NCBI GenBank assembly: GCA_018649885.1 | Contig: JABIHA010000085.1 | Location: forward strand, 36,744-100,743 | Origin: Bacteriovoracaceae bacterium | Lineage (GTDB): Bacteria; Bdellovibrionota; Bacteriovoracia; Bacteriovoracales; Bacteriovoracaceae | DNA: 64,000 bases | Reading direction: 5' to 3' | Shown here: piece by piece, positions 48,733-57,871 of the stretch | Numbering within the stretch: the first letter of the stretch is position 1 | Layout of the letters: each line of letters starts with the position of its first letter | The notes under the pieces: generated by a model | Told to the model about the DNA's origin: nothing | Seen by the model: only the letters and a program-made list of their open reading frames with translations | The model's database searches: none | Position numbers and translations under genes: made by a program

Positions 48733-51700
48733 ATGTCAACGGGGTTTCGATTAAGCCGGGCAGTGTTATGCAGCTTGCTAACGGCGTTTTTATTTTTTGG
48801 CAATTTTAATGATTACTCATTATTTGCACAGGATGAAGATTTAACGACAAAAGAGTTTAAATTTGAGGCAGGAGATTTAGAAAAAATTCTAGAACTCTAC
48901 GAAGTGGAAAAGAGAGTCGATTACGTAGATGAAGAAGTAGATGATACGTGTGAAGAGTCTATTCCTCACAATGAAGAAATATGTGGGGATGTTGATTGGA
49001 CTGAAACCGTTTGTGAGGCGATTCCAGGATCAGATAGAGTAGTTTGTGAAGACTATACTGATGTGATTTGTAGGGATGTGACTAGGCAGGAGTGTTCAGA
49101 GGTTCCAACGTGGGTTTGTAAAGAGGGAAGAGCTCCTAGGCATTGTGGAACAGATAGAAGATGCAAGGATATTGGTAAAAAAGTTTGTAAAAATGTCATG
49201 AAAAATATTTGTCGTGATGTTAAGAAAAATGTCTGTAGAAATGAGACACGAAACCAATGTAAGACTGTTACGAAGAAAAAATGTCGTGATGTCAAAAAGA
49301 CAAAAAGAGTTTGTAAGTTTGTTGGAAAAGGTGAGGAGATTTGTAAAAATGTCCCAGGAAAAAAAGTTTGTAAGGATGTAACAAAGAACGAATGTAGGGA
49401 TGTTACCAAAAACGTCTGTAAGCCAGTCAAAAAAATGAAGAAGGTTTGTACTAATGAAGCTGGAGAGAGAGTCTGCAAAGATGTTCCGGGTGAAGAGGTC
49501 TGTAAAGTTGTAACCAAGACCAAAAGAGTATGTACCCCAAAAACCAGAAAAGTATGTAAAAATGTCGGTGGTGGACGAGAGTGTAAAAATGTCCAAAAAA
49601 CGAAGAGAGTATGTAAGACGGTTCCTGGAAAAAAGGAATGTCGTGACGTAGCTGGTAAGAAAGTATGTAAGCCAGTTAGAAAATCACGTAGTGTCTGTAA
49701 TGATGTCCCCGGTAGAGAAATATGTAAAACAGTCTCAGGAAAAAGAGAGTGTAGGCAAGTTAGGAAAACCAGAAGAGTTTGTAATGATGTTCCTGGAAGA
49801 GAAGTTTGTAAAAACGTCCCAGGAAAAAGAACATGCAGGCCGGAGAGAACAACAGAAAGAGTTTGTAATAATGTTCCAGGAAGAGAAGTCTGTAAAAACG
49901 TTCCAGGAAAAAGAACGTGTAGACCTGAAAGAACTACTGAAAGGGTTTGTAGTAACGTTCCTGGAAGAGAAGTTTGTAGAAACGTTCCAGGAAAGAGAAC
50001 TTGTAAACCTGTAAGATCTACAGAAAGAGTTTGTAGCAATGTTCCTGGAAGAGAAGTTTGCAATAACGTTCCTGGCAAAAAGTCTTGTAAAAATGTCAGA
50101 AAGACAAAGAGAGTTTGTAAAAAGGTTGCAGGCCCTGAGAGTTGTAAAAACGTCCCGGGAAGGCAAGTTTGTAAAAATGTTAAAGGACCTCAGTCGTGTC
50201 GTAATGTCCCAGGCAAAAAACAATGTCGTTCTGTAAATAAGCAGGTGTGCTCTAATAAGCCTCAAAGAGTCTGTAAAAAGGGTCCGAGAGGGAAACAAAT
50301 TTGTAAACAGGTAAATAAGAAAGTTTGTAAAAATGTGGCCAAACAAGTTTGTACTCCAGGAAGAAGCAAAAAAGTTTGTACTCCCGGAGCAACTAAAAGA
50401 GTTTGTAATGCTGGACCAAGCAAAAGGGTCTGTACTCCAGGTCGTTCAAAGCAAGTTTGTAATAATGAATCTTATAATGAACAAGTGTGTAGCACAGGAT
50501 CAAGCAGAAGAGTTTGTAAAGCAGGACCTTCAAAAAGAGAATGTAAGAACGTAACAAAGACTACTGAGAAATGTAGTACTGGTTCAAGCAGAAGAGTTTG
50601 TGAAGCAGGACCTTCAAAAAGAGAATGTAAAAACGTCACTAAAACTACTGAAAAATGTAGTACTGGTTCAAGTAGAAGAGTTTGTGAGGCAGGACCTTCA
50701 AAAAGAGAATGTAAGAATGTAACAAAGACTACAGAGAAATGTAGTACTGGTTCGAGTCGAAGAGTCTGTCGGCCAGGGCCAAGTAAAAATGTTTGTAAGA
50801 ATGAGACTTACAATGAGCAAGAGTGCACCGAAGGCTCCAGCAAAAGAGTATGTAAACCAGGGCCGAGTAAAAATGTATGTAAAAATGAGAATTACACAGA
50901 TCAGGAATGTACTACAGGACCTAGTAAGAGAGAGTGTACTGATGGTCGTTCAAAAGAAGTTTGTCGGGATAAGATTGTTACTGAGCGAGTTTGTGAAAAC
51001 AAAGAGGCCAGAAGAGTTTGCGAAGACGTGGCCGATGGTGAGAATTGTCAAAACAAACCAGTGAAAGAAAAAGTCTGCAGACCAGGTCCGAGTCGCAAGA
51101 AATGTCGTCCAGGTCCAGGCAAGAAAGTCTGTGTGAATAAAGAAGTAACTGAAAGAGAATGTAGGGATGTCACAAAGAAAAAATGTGAACAAGTTACAAA
51201 AAATGTATGTCGTCCAGGACCAACCAGAAGGGTCTGTAAGCCAGGTCCAGGAAAAGAGGTTTGCAAGGATGTACCTGTGGTAAAAAATATTTGTAAAGAC
51301 GTTACAAAGGAAGTTTGCCGACCAGTACAAGAAAGAGTTTGCGGTGATATTGTGAAGAGTGTCTGTAGAGATGTTCCCAGAAGAAAATGCAAGCGTATTA
51401 AAAAACAAGTTTGTAGAGATATCCCAAGAAGATGTCCTGAACCAGAGCCAGAGTGTCGTCTTGTTAATAAGAGAGATTGTGGGCCAGTGATCAGACAAAT
51501 TTGTAAAGATGTCATTAAAAAGGACTGCTGGAGTACTGGTGAGGAAGTTAAATGTAGGGACGTACAGAAAACTGAATACATCTGTAATAATGAGACATGG
51601 TATGAGAGCAGGTACTACGCTTGTAAAAAGACAGTAAAGGTTCCAAAAGAAGTTATTGTTAAAGAAACTTATGCAACTATTAACTTTTTATTTGATCTAG

Positions 51701-52758
51701 TTGATGAAAAAACTGCATCTCCCATGAAGTTTGTTTCGAAACTGTTTAAAGATCAGGTGAAAACTCATGGTAGCTACTTAGACAAAGACAAGCTTTTAAT
51801 TTTTGCTAAGCGTGATGAAGTAAGAGAAACAGAAGGTGTGTCAACTTACATTGAAACAAATTATCAAGTGAGTCTTGCTGATCCAGACGGCGTTGTTGAA
51901 ACCTTTGGTAGAAAACTTGAAAATTTAAAAGTTGAAGATGAAGTGGTTACATTTACAAGTGCTGAGATCCAGTACCCTGAGTCTTTCGTAGTAAATGTAA
52001 AGATTCACCTAAAAGATCAGCCTCAAAAGATGGTTTTCAAAAAGTCAGTTGAAGCTCATGAGATGAAACTGAAAAATAGAAAACACCAAGAAATGGTAGA
52101 AGTTACAGACCCAGAGGGTGTCAAAAAGAAGGTTGAAAAAGAAGTGATTTTAACTGACCTAACGATTGACCTGACTACCTTCAAGGAGTTTGATCTTAAA
52201 AAAGGCCGTTATGTTCTAAGTGTTGAAATCGCACTTAATACAAAGGAAGTGGTTTTAAATGAAGCCGATTTTGGGAAGTTAACTGTATCTGCAGAGACTG
52301 CGTACAATTATAAGATCAGCAAAGTTAAGCCGGAATTGGTAACTGAAGTCTTTAAAAGACAGCTTGAAGATCTTGACGTTGATAATGGAATGGTTACTTT
52401 TACCAGCGGTGAGATTAAAGATCCCAAATACTTTTTGGTAAACGTAAAAATTCATCCAAAAGGTCAACCTCGTAGGCTCCTTTTTTCTGAATCAGTTGAG
52501 GTTAGTAAACTCAGATTAAGAAATAGAAAATCTGAAGAAAAGTCCTATGTTATTGACTCAAGAGGAAGAAGAAAGAAGGTTAAAAAACTTGTTACTCTTA
52601 CTGATTTTGCCTTGAATTTGAGATCTTTTAAAAACATCAAACTCAAAAAGGGTAAATACATTTTGGTTGTAGAGCTTGTAGTGAATCCAAGTGAAGTTGA
52701 TATTGACGGATCTGGTAAACTAAAAGTCTCAGCAAGTACTAAGTATAAAGTAAAATAG
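48733..52758 (+). CDS. Giant secreted Cys/Lys-rich tandem-repeat protein (1341 aa)
   Basis: Signal peptide. Residues 100-950 are degenerate 18-28 aa repeats of the type RVCxNVPG(R/K)E(V/I)CKNVPGKRTC and CSTGSSRRVCEAGPSKRECKNVTKTTEK (three copies near-identical at the nucleotide level). The C-terminal 360 aa are non-Cys with two tandem 185-aa repeats. A hairpin follows. Confidence 0.7.
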   Translation: MSTGFRLSRAVLCSLLTAFLFFGNFNDYSLFAQDEDLTTKEFKFEAGDLEKILELYEVEKRVDYVDEEVDDTCEESIPHNEEICGDVDWTETVCEAIPGSDRVVCEDYTDVICRDVTRQECSEVPTWVCKEGRAPRHCGTDRRCKDIGKKVCKNVMKNICRDVKKNVCRNETRNQCKTVTKKKCRDVKKTKRVCKFVGKGEEICKNVPGKKVCKDVTKNECRDVTKNVCKPVKKMKKVCTNEAGERVCKDVPGEEVCKVVTKTKRVCTPKTRKVCKNVGGGRECKNVQKTKRVCKTVPGKKECRDVAGKKVCKPVRKSRSVCNDVPGREICKTVSGKRECRQVRKTRRVCNDVPGREVCKNVPGKRTCRPERTTERVCNNVPGREVCKNVPGKRTCRPERTTERVCSNVPGREVCRNVPGKRTCKPVRSTERVCSNVPGREVCNNVPGKKSCKNVRKTKRVCKKVAGPESCKNVPGRQVCKNVKGPQSCRNVPGKKQCRSVNKQVCSNKPQRVCKKGPRGKQICKQVNKKVCKNVAKQVCTPGRSKKVCTPGATKRVCNAGPSKRVCTPGRSKQVCNNESYNEQVCSTGSSRRVCKAGPSKRECKNVTKTTEKCSTGSSRRVCEAGPSKRECKNVTKTTEKCSTGSSRRVCEAGPSKRECKNVTKTTEKCSTGSSRRVCRPGPSKNVCKNETYNEQECTEGSSKRVCKPGPSKNVCKNENYTDQECTTGPSKRECTDGRSKEVCRDKIVTERVCENKEARRVCEDVADGENCQNKPVKEKVCRPGPSRKKCRPGPGKKVCVNKEVTERECRDVTKKKCEQVTKNVCRPGPTRRVCKPGPGKEVCKDVPVVKNICKDVTKEVCRPVQERVCGDIVKSVCRDVPRRKCKRIKKQVCRDIPRRCPEPEPECRLVNKRDCGPVIRQICKDVIKKDCWSTGEEVKCRDVQKTEYICNNETWYESRYYACKKTVKVPKEVIVKETYATINFLFDLVDEKTASPMKFVSKLFKDQVKTHGSYLDKDKLLIFAKRDEVRETEGVSTYIETNYQVSLADPDGVVETFGRKLENLKVEDEVVTFTSAEIQYPESFVVNVKIHLKDQPQKMVFKKSVEAHEMKLKNRKHQEMVEVTDPEGVKKKVEKEVILTDLTIDLTTFKEFDLKKGRYVLSVEIALNTKEVVLNEADFGKLTVSAETAYNYKISKVKPELVTEVFKRQLEDLDVDNGMVTFTSGEIKDPKYFLVNVKIHPKGQPRRLLFSESVEVSKLRLRNRKSEEKSYVIDSRGRRKKVKKLVTLTDFALNLRSFKNIKLKKGKYILVVELVVNPSEVDIDGSGKLKVSASTKYKVK

Positions 52759-52810
52759 TACCATGGCCGGAATTCGCGGGAAAGTATTTCGGCCATTTTT
52801 TGTTGAACAA

Positions 52811-52840
52811 TTGTGAGCTGAATTTTTCAGCTCACAATTT
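52811..52840. terminator. Hairpin TTGTGAGCTGA-atttt-TCAGCTCACAA downstream of the giant repeat gene
   Basis: Perfect 11-bp inverted repeat followed by a T-rich stretch (tttaattt). Confidence 0.5.
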
Positions 52841-52878
52841 AATTTGGGGATTTGTTGGGGGAAATTGGGGGGGGAGTG

Positions 52879-53145
52879 TTAATTGACGGAGAGTTCAGTC
52901 CTTTTAAGGTGAATGATCTTTTTTCCACCTCCATCAATAACTTTAAATCTTCTTTTTGTTTTCGATTTGTGAATTAATAGCTCCAAATTACTGGCAATTT
53001 CAGTAATTGTGCGGGCCATCTCAATGATTTCTTTGTTGGTATATTTTTTCTGATCTTTCATTCTGGGTCCCTTTTTGGATGAGAAATTCAAAGCAGCATT
53101 TTTAAACCACACCGGGGCATTGCAAGTCAAAGCTAAAAGTACCAA
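52879..53145 (-). CDS. Small hypothetical protein (60-88 aa)
   Basis: ORF-track ORF. The plausible start is the internal MKDQKKYTNKEIIEMARTITEIASNLELLIH.... No recognised motif. Confidence 0.35.
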   Translation of the reverse strand: MVLLALTCNAPVWFKNAALNFSSKKGPRMKDQKKYTNKEIIEMARTITEIASNLELLIHKSKTKRRFKVIDGGGKKIIHLKRTELSVN

Positions 53146-53321
53146 AGTGGGGCGGAAGTAGTCTTGCCCCGCACTTAACGCCGTGCAATTTCATTAATTA
53201 CTCATCCAACTATCTATAACTATTTAATTTTACGCAATGTGGAACAACTGTTCCATGTTGGGGCTTTTTAGTTGTCATCGTGGTTGCAACTTTGTAGTAT
53301 TTCGACCAGGACGGTGAGGCG

Positions 53322-54185
53322 ATGATCCAAGACAATATTGGAAAGGACATTCAAAAAGATGAGAAGAATCCATCTGATTTGAGAATCTACCTGCAGCAAG
53401 AACTGCTTCGCAGGTGTCGTATAAATCCAAATTACAGCTTGCGCGCATTTGCCCGTTCGGCCGGAATAAATCACTCAACTCTTTCACAAATTATTCGCGG
53501 CAAAAGACCTCTCACAGAAAAAAGTATTTTGAAGCTTTGTAAGGGTCTGAACTTTGGGCCTGAAGAAACCTCTGGTTACATTGAAGGTTTTCGGGAAACC
53601 ACAGGAAAAGATGTTAATCAAAAAAATTATCACCAACTCACCATTGATGCCTTTCAAGTTATTTCTGATTGGTATCACTGGGCAATACTTGAGCTTATAA
53701 AAGTTCAGGAGTTTCAAGCTTCAAGCAAGTGGATTTCAAAAGTTCTAGGCATTTCTATTAATGAAGTGAATGTTGCAATTGAAAGACTCAAAAGACTTGA
53801 GATTTTAGAAGTTGATGAAAATGGTAAATGGAATGATCACTCCGATGGTTTTACAACAATCATTGATAAAGAATTTACAAATATAGCACTCAAAAAATAT
53901 CAAAAACAGCTTTTAGAAAAAGCCGCTAATGCCATGGATGACACTGATAGAGATCAAAGAGATCAATCTAGTATGACCATGGCAGTGAATGTAGAAAAAA
54001 TGCCTGAGGCCAAAAAGATAATTAAAAAGTTCAGAAGAGATCTTTGCGATTTATTGGAAGATGGTAACAGACAAGAGGTTTATCAACTTGTGGTCTCACT
54101 CTTTCCTCTTGGCAATGTGAAGAAGGGAAGAAGTACTGAAGAGTCTGAAATCGGACCACGAGAAGCAAATGAAACACAATTTTAG
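53322..54185 (+). CDS. Putative HTH-containing regulator-like protein
   Basis: N-terminal LRAFARSAGINHSTLSQIIRGKR is HTH-like. It resembles a paralogous family of uncharacterised proteins common in Bdellovibrio-like genomes; that is from memory and unverified. Confidence 0.5.
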   Translation: MIQDNIGKDIQKDEKNPSDLRIYLQQELLRRCRINPNYSLRAFARSAGINHSTLSQIIRGKRPLTEKSILKLCKGLNFGPEETSGYIEGFRETTGKDVNQKNYHQLTIDAFQVISDWYHWAILELIKVQEFQASSKWISKVLGISINEVNVAIERLKRLEILEVDENGKWNDHSDGFTTIIDKEFTNIALKKYQKQLLEKAANAMDDTDRDQRDQSSMTMAVNVEKMPEAKKIIKKFRRDLCDLLEDGNRQEVYQLVVSLFPLGNVKKGRSTEESEIGPREANETQF

Positions 54186-54205
54186 TCTTTAAAGGAGCAG
54201 AAATA

Positions 54206-55315
54206 ATGAAAGGATGGTCAAATAAAGGTGTTTTAGTCCTTTTAGTATTAATGGGATTATACACAAACGGTGCTGAGGCAGGGCGGGAAGCTTATGGCTA
54301 CGAGCCAAAGCTGATGAAGCTTGCTGAGTTAAATGATATTCCCAACTTTTTAAAAACTGAAGTATTAAACCTCGTAAAACTTATTGATGTGGAATCCTTT
54401 GAAGATATAGAAGTAAGAGACGCTTACATTGATATGATCAAAAAAGGTTTAATAGAAGATATTACAAAATCACCCTACGTTCTCAGTGAGAAGTGCCTAG
54501 ACTACAAAAAAGTTGAAAAGGCAGCTACCGCAAGAGATGGCGATATCGGTGGAGAAATCTGTTTTAGCCCACAATTTATGGTCAAAGCAGATGGTGACGA
54601 TAATCTTAGCAATAACATCTCTGATGCCGAGCTCGTGGGTCTTGCTTTTCATGAGCACGCTCACCACTTTGGCTTAATCGATGAAGACCACACCTTAGCA
54701 AAAGAATTTTCAGAAATTTACAAGGCCTCAAATTTGGCAGGTGTGAGAAAATCGAGTTACAACTATGGTGAATATGGTGAGAGAAACCCTGTGGTCCTTT
54801 CGCAAAATCAAATAGTTCAACAAGAGCTAGAATATTTTAGACCTTCAGACAGTCAGTTGAAATCTTTTGAAAAATTGAGATCTTTTTGCAAGAAAAAAAA
54901 TGGCAAAGGAGATAAGGCCCTCTTCGATACTCTTTGTACTGATGAAACCCATCCTATGGGACTCTTTGAGTTAATGACTTCAAGCTTTAGCTACAAGGTT
55001 TATTTCAAAGATTCAGATGGAGAATTGAGGCTACTGGCGAGTGACTCCAACGCAAAAATTGATGACTGCAAAGTCGATAGACGCGGTCCCTTCAAAAAGA
55101 GAAAACTAAAGTGCAGTGGCTACCAAAAGCCGGACTTCACCTCGAGAGAAGATAGAACAATTGAAGTAAAAAAATGGCTCTACTCAAATTACTATTTGGA
55201 TAAAGACCTTCATCAACTCTTTGATGGACTAGGCGAGTTTGCTTTTAGTACTAAAGAAATCGTTCCTATGCCATTAAGCCCAATCCTTCCCCGACTTAGA
55301 GACTGGAAAGACTAG
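54206..55315 (+). CDS. Secreted hypothetical protein with a His-rich HEHAHH motif
   Basis: Signal peptide MKGWSNKGVLVLLVLMGLYTNGAEA. LAFHEHAHHFGLIDEDH is a possible HExxH-type metal site. Confidence 0.5.
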   Translation: MKGWSNKGVLVLLVLMGLYTNGAEAGREAYGYEPKLMKLAELNDIPNFLKTEVLNLVKLIDVESFEDIEVRDAYIDMIKKGLIEDITKSPYVLSEKCLDYKKVEKAATARDGDIGGEICFSPQFMVKADGDDNLSNNISDAELVGLAFHEHAHHFGLIDEDHTLAKEFSEIYKASNLAGVRKSSYNYGEYGERNPVVLSQNQIVQQELEYFRPSDSQLKSFEKLRSFCKKKNGKGDKALFDTLCTDETHPMGLFELMTSSFSYKVYFKDSDGELRLLASDSNAKIDDCKVDRRGPFKKRKLKCSGYQKPDFTSREDRTIEVKKWLYSNYYLDKDLHQLFDGLGEFAFSTKEIVPMPLSPILPRLRDWKD

Positions 55316-55424
55316 ACTTTAAGAGGCACGACAGCATTGTTTTTTTCTACCATATCTGACAAGTCGTATTGAATCATATATCGTTTTATCAGAGGCATTT
55401 GAAACTAAAAAATATTAGGGATCA

Positions 55425-56324
55425 ATGGTGAAAATAGAACAGCTCTTAATTGAAAATTTTTTCAAATCTATGGATCAGTATTCAGCTGAGTTTATGGAAG
55501 GATACAAGTTTCCTTTAGCATTAAAAAAGAAAATCACAAATTTTTTAAAGTCTTCTTTTAATGATGAGAATTCATATTGTTCATTTAGCGTAAAAAATGG
55601 GCAGGTTGAAAAATTTATTTTGGCCAGGAGTGCTGCAGATATTGGCGGAAACCTGATTGCTATTAGTCATTTTCATTTTAAAGATGTCCCTTCGAAGCAA
55701 GAGTTGAACAAGGTCATTCAATCTATAATGGATTTTTTCCCAAGTTTAAACAGCATAGTAATTGGAGTTTCTCCATCAGATAAAAAAGTTACGAGGATAC
55801 TTAAGGGAAATAAGTTCTTCATTGCTGCAAATGAATTTATTGGAAAAACATCTGATGGGATTAGGTATCTTGAAAAGACCGAAAAGACTAGCGATGTATT
55901 AATTAGGGAGATGAAGTTTAAAAGAGATATAGATTCAGTCTTAAAAATTGAGAGAAGAGCTCATAAAGAAGATGGCTCGAGTAGAATTCAATCATATAGC
56001 AAAAAATTACAAATTGAGATGAAATCTCACTATCAAAAAATGGCTAAACTCGGGACTGCCTTTGTTGCCACAAAAAATGAAAAGGTCATTGGAGCAGTAG
56101 GCTCTTACCCCAATGGAAAATTATCTTTAATAGCGACAATTGTTGTTGATCCAAAGTCTCAAGGACAAGGGGTTTCAAAAAAATTGTATTTGAGGGCCTT
56201 AAAAGATCTAGAAGGCCGTAGAAGTACTTTTTATAAAGGGCAAACTACCACAAGTAATGTGCTGGCCATGGGGAAAAAAATGAAGCGGAAAATTGGCACA
56301 ATCTATTTTAGAAAAGATTATTGA
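55425..56324 (+). CDS. GNAT-family N-acetyltransferase (two-lobed)
   Basis: The C-terminal half has GNAT motif A, VVDPKSQGQGVSKKLYLRALKDL (Q/RxxGxG/A). The N-terminal half is a degenerate GNAT-like fold. Confidence 0.6.
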   Translation: MVKIEQLLIENFFKSMDQYSAEFMEGYKFPLALKKKITNFLKSSFNDENSYCSFSVKNGQVEKFILARSAADIGGNLIAISHFHFKDVPSKQELNKVIQSIMDFFPSLNSIVIGVSPSDKKVTRILKGNKFFIAANEFIGKTSDGIRYLEKTEKTSDVLIREMKFKRDIDSVLKIERRAHKEDGSSRIQSYSKKLQIEMKSHYQKMAKLGTAFVATKNEKVIGAVGSYPNGKLSLIATIVVDPKSQGQGVSKKLYLRALKDLEGRRSTFYKGQTTTSNVLAMGKKMKRKIGTIYFRKDY

Positions 56325-56344
56325 ATACAGTAGTACGATCATTC

Positions 56345-56356
56345 GTACGTCTGCAC
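56345..56356 (+). repeat. 12-bp direct repeat CACTTTTGGGAC, left copy
   Basis: Identical 12-mer at 57737..57748. The extended match is C-CACTTTTGGGAC, 13 of 14. Confidence 0.7.
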
Positions 56357-56847
56357 TTTTGGGACTAACGCAATAAACAAACGAAGTCACATATGCAGTT
56401 CACGGGCCGTTGGAGGGTTGAGCTTCTGAATTAGTAAGGTGGAGGCCCTTTTATCACGGCGTAGTTTAGAGTTATTTTGATGAGTATTGTGATGTGGGTA
56501 TTTTGTAGTTGATATGTATTTCTGAGGATTTCTTTTATAATGGGAAGGTTTAGGGAGGTATTTCATTTTTGGGATTGCTGACTTTGGTGATAGGTTTTAT
56601 TAGGATAAAGTCCTTGGGAGATAGTTTTCCATTCTGTTTTGGATAGGAGAAATGGAAATGAGATTCTTTTTTAGGGGTGCTATACTCCTTAGAACTGCCT
56701 AGGTGGTACTTCATTAACATCATTCAACATCCATAATCAAATTTAAAATATAGCGGTCTTTACAGTGCTTTATGGGGGCAGTATTTGGGTAGTAAAACCG
56801 TGGTAAGCTGCTGGAGAGCTTGGAGGTTAAAGGTGATTATTGAGAAA
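56357..56847 (+). other. About 430-nt GT-rich non-coding region upstream of the HNH gene (candidate structured RNA or long leader)
   Basis: No ORF of 60 aa or more in any frame. Composition differs sharply from the A-rich flanking coding sequence. It holds several GGATAGG-like and GGGAGG-like motifs and a TATAAT at about 56548. It lies inside the unit bounded by the CACTTTTGGGAC repeats. Confidence 0.3.
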
Positions 56848-57702
56848 ATGAGTGATGATAAATTATTAAAAAGTGTTTTACTAGAAGTTAAAAAAGAAAG
56901 GGATCAGCTCCATATTGTGCTTCTTCACTTGAAAGAAATTTATAGAAGAAGATTGTTTACTGAGTACAACTGCCGAACACTTAATGAGTACTGTGTAAAA
57001 GAGCTGGGTTATACTCGTGGAGAAGCCTATTACCGGGTCACCGCGATGAAGTTAATGGCAAACTCGGATCAAATTGAAAAGGCCATCAAAAAAGGAGACC
57101 TCTCTCTAACTGCTGCGGTTGTGGCCAGTGATTATCTCACAAAGCAGCCTGACAAATCGGTGAAAAAAAAAGAGGAAGTTATTTCAAAAATTGTGGGAGT
57201 TCCCATATCAAAAGCAAAAGAGATTTTGTCTACACCACCATCAAAGCCTGAGCACCCTCCAAAAAATGAGCTCACCCCTAAATTAAAGGTCTCTAAGAAA
57301 GTCTTGAAACTTTTGAAAGAGCTACAAGATCTCACAGGAGAGGATCAGGTCAAATTACTTGAAGTGGCTCTTGAAAATAAATTAAAACAAGTGGAAAAAT
57401 GTGAATTAAAAGCAATTCAAGGACCTTCTCCAATACAAAGTGCAAGGTCGAGGTATATTCCCCAAGCAATAAAAAGAAAAATTCGAAGCAGGGCGAACTA
57501 CACCTGCGAGCATGTTAGCACGCACAGAGGAAGGTGCACTGAATCCAGAAATCTGGAGTTTGATCACCACGTCACGGCTTATTCAAAGGGAGGGGGAAAT
57601 ACATTAGAGAATTTAAGACTTGTATGCAAAAACCATAATACCAGACAATTTGTTTTAGACTTTGGTTCGAAATCTTTAGAAAAAATCACTCAGAAAATTT
57701 AG
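56848..57702 (+). CDS. HNH endonuclease with a DUF222-like N-terminal domain
   Basis: C-terminal CEHVSTHRGRCTESRNLEFDHHVTAYSKGGGNTLENLRLVCKNHN is the HNH motif. The N-terminal EIYRRRLFTEYNCRTLNEYCVKELGYTRGEAYYRVTAMKLMANSDQIEKAIKKGDLSLTAAVVASDYL fits the DUF222 (13E12-type) pattern from memory. Start MSDDK; an ATG at 56785 is an alternative. Confidence 0.75.
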   Translation: MSDDKLLKSVLLEVKKERDQLHIVLLHLKEIYRRRLFTEYNCRTLNEYCVKELGYTRGEAYYRVTAMKLMANSDQIEKAIKKGDLSLTAAVVASDYLTKQPDKSVKKKEEVISKIVGVPISKAKEILSTPPSKPEHPPKNELTPKLKVSKKVLKLLKELQDLTGEDQVKLLEVALENKLKQVEKCELKAIQGPSPIQSARSRYIPQAIKRKIRSRANYTCEHVSTHRGRCTESRNLEFDHHVTAYSKGGGNTLENLRLVCKNHNTRQFVLDFGSKSLEKITQKI

Positions 57703-57736
57703 CGGAAGGATATGAAAAGTGTATTTTGGTACTCCA

Positions 57737-57748
57737 CACTTTTGGGAC
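57737..57748 (+). repeat. 12-bp direct repeat CACTTTTGGGAC, right copy
   Basis: 35 nt after the HNH stop codon. Confidence 0.7.
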
Positions 57749-57871
57749 GTATCTTCATACTTAGCGAGAGGATTAATTGACTCAATCCTATACCAAAAAG
57801 GGCCATGTAATGAATCATAAAAAAAGCCTGCATGTCAGCAGGCTCCATATCAAATTATAATTTCAGCATAT

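Noticed and set aside
49053-51581. Many long antisense and alternative-frame ORFs inside the 48733..52758 gene (for example 49053..50078 -, 49735..50346 -, 50950..51498 -, 51048..51581 -, 49691..50014 +).
   Set aside because: They arise because the Cys/Lys repeat DNA is low-complexity and stop-poor in several frames. Their translations are repetitive poly-F/L/T sequences with no start context. The sense-strand repeat protein with a signal peptide explains the locus.
48733-52758. CRISPR-like regular repeats.
   Set aside because: The periodicity is in-frame and coding (a signal peptide and a consistent Cys pattern). There is no repeat-spacer alternation and no cas genes. It is a protein tandem repeat.
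56785-57702. IscB-omega-RNA (OMEGA) system interpretation of the HNH locus.
   Set aside because: The protein lacks any RuvC-I/II/III motif or bridge helix and is only about 285 aa. It is not IscB or IsrB. Only the looser idea of an HNH-associated non-coding RNA or mobile unit is retained as a finding.
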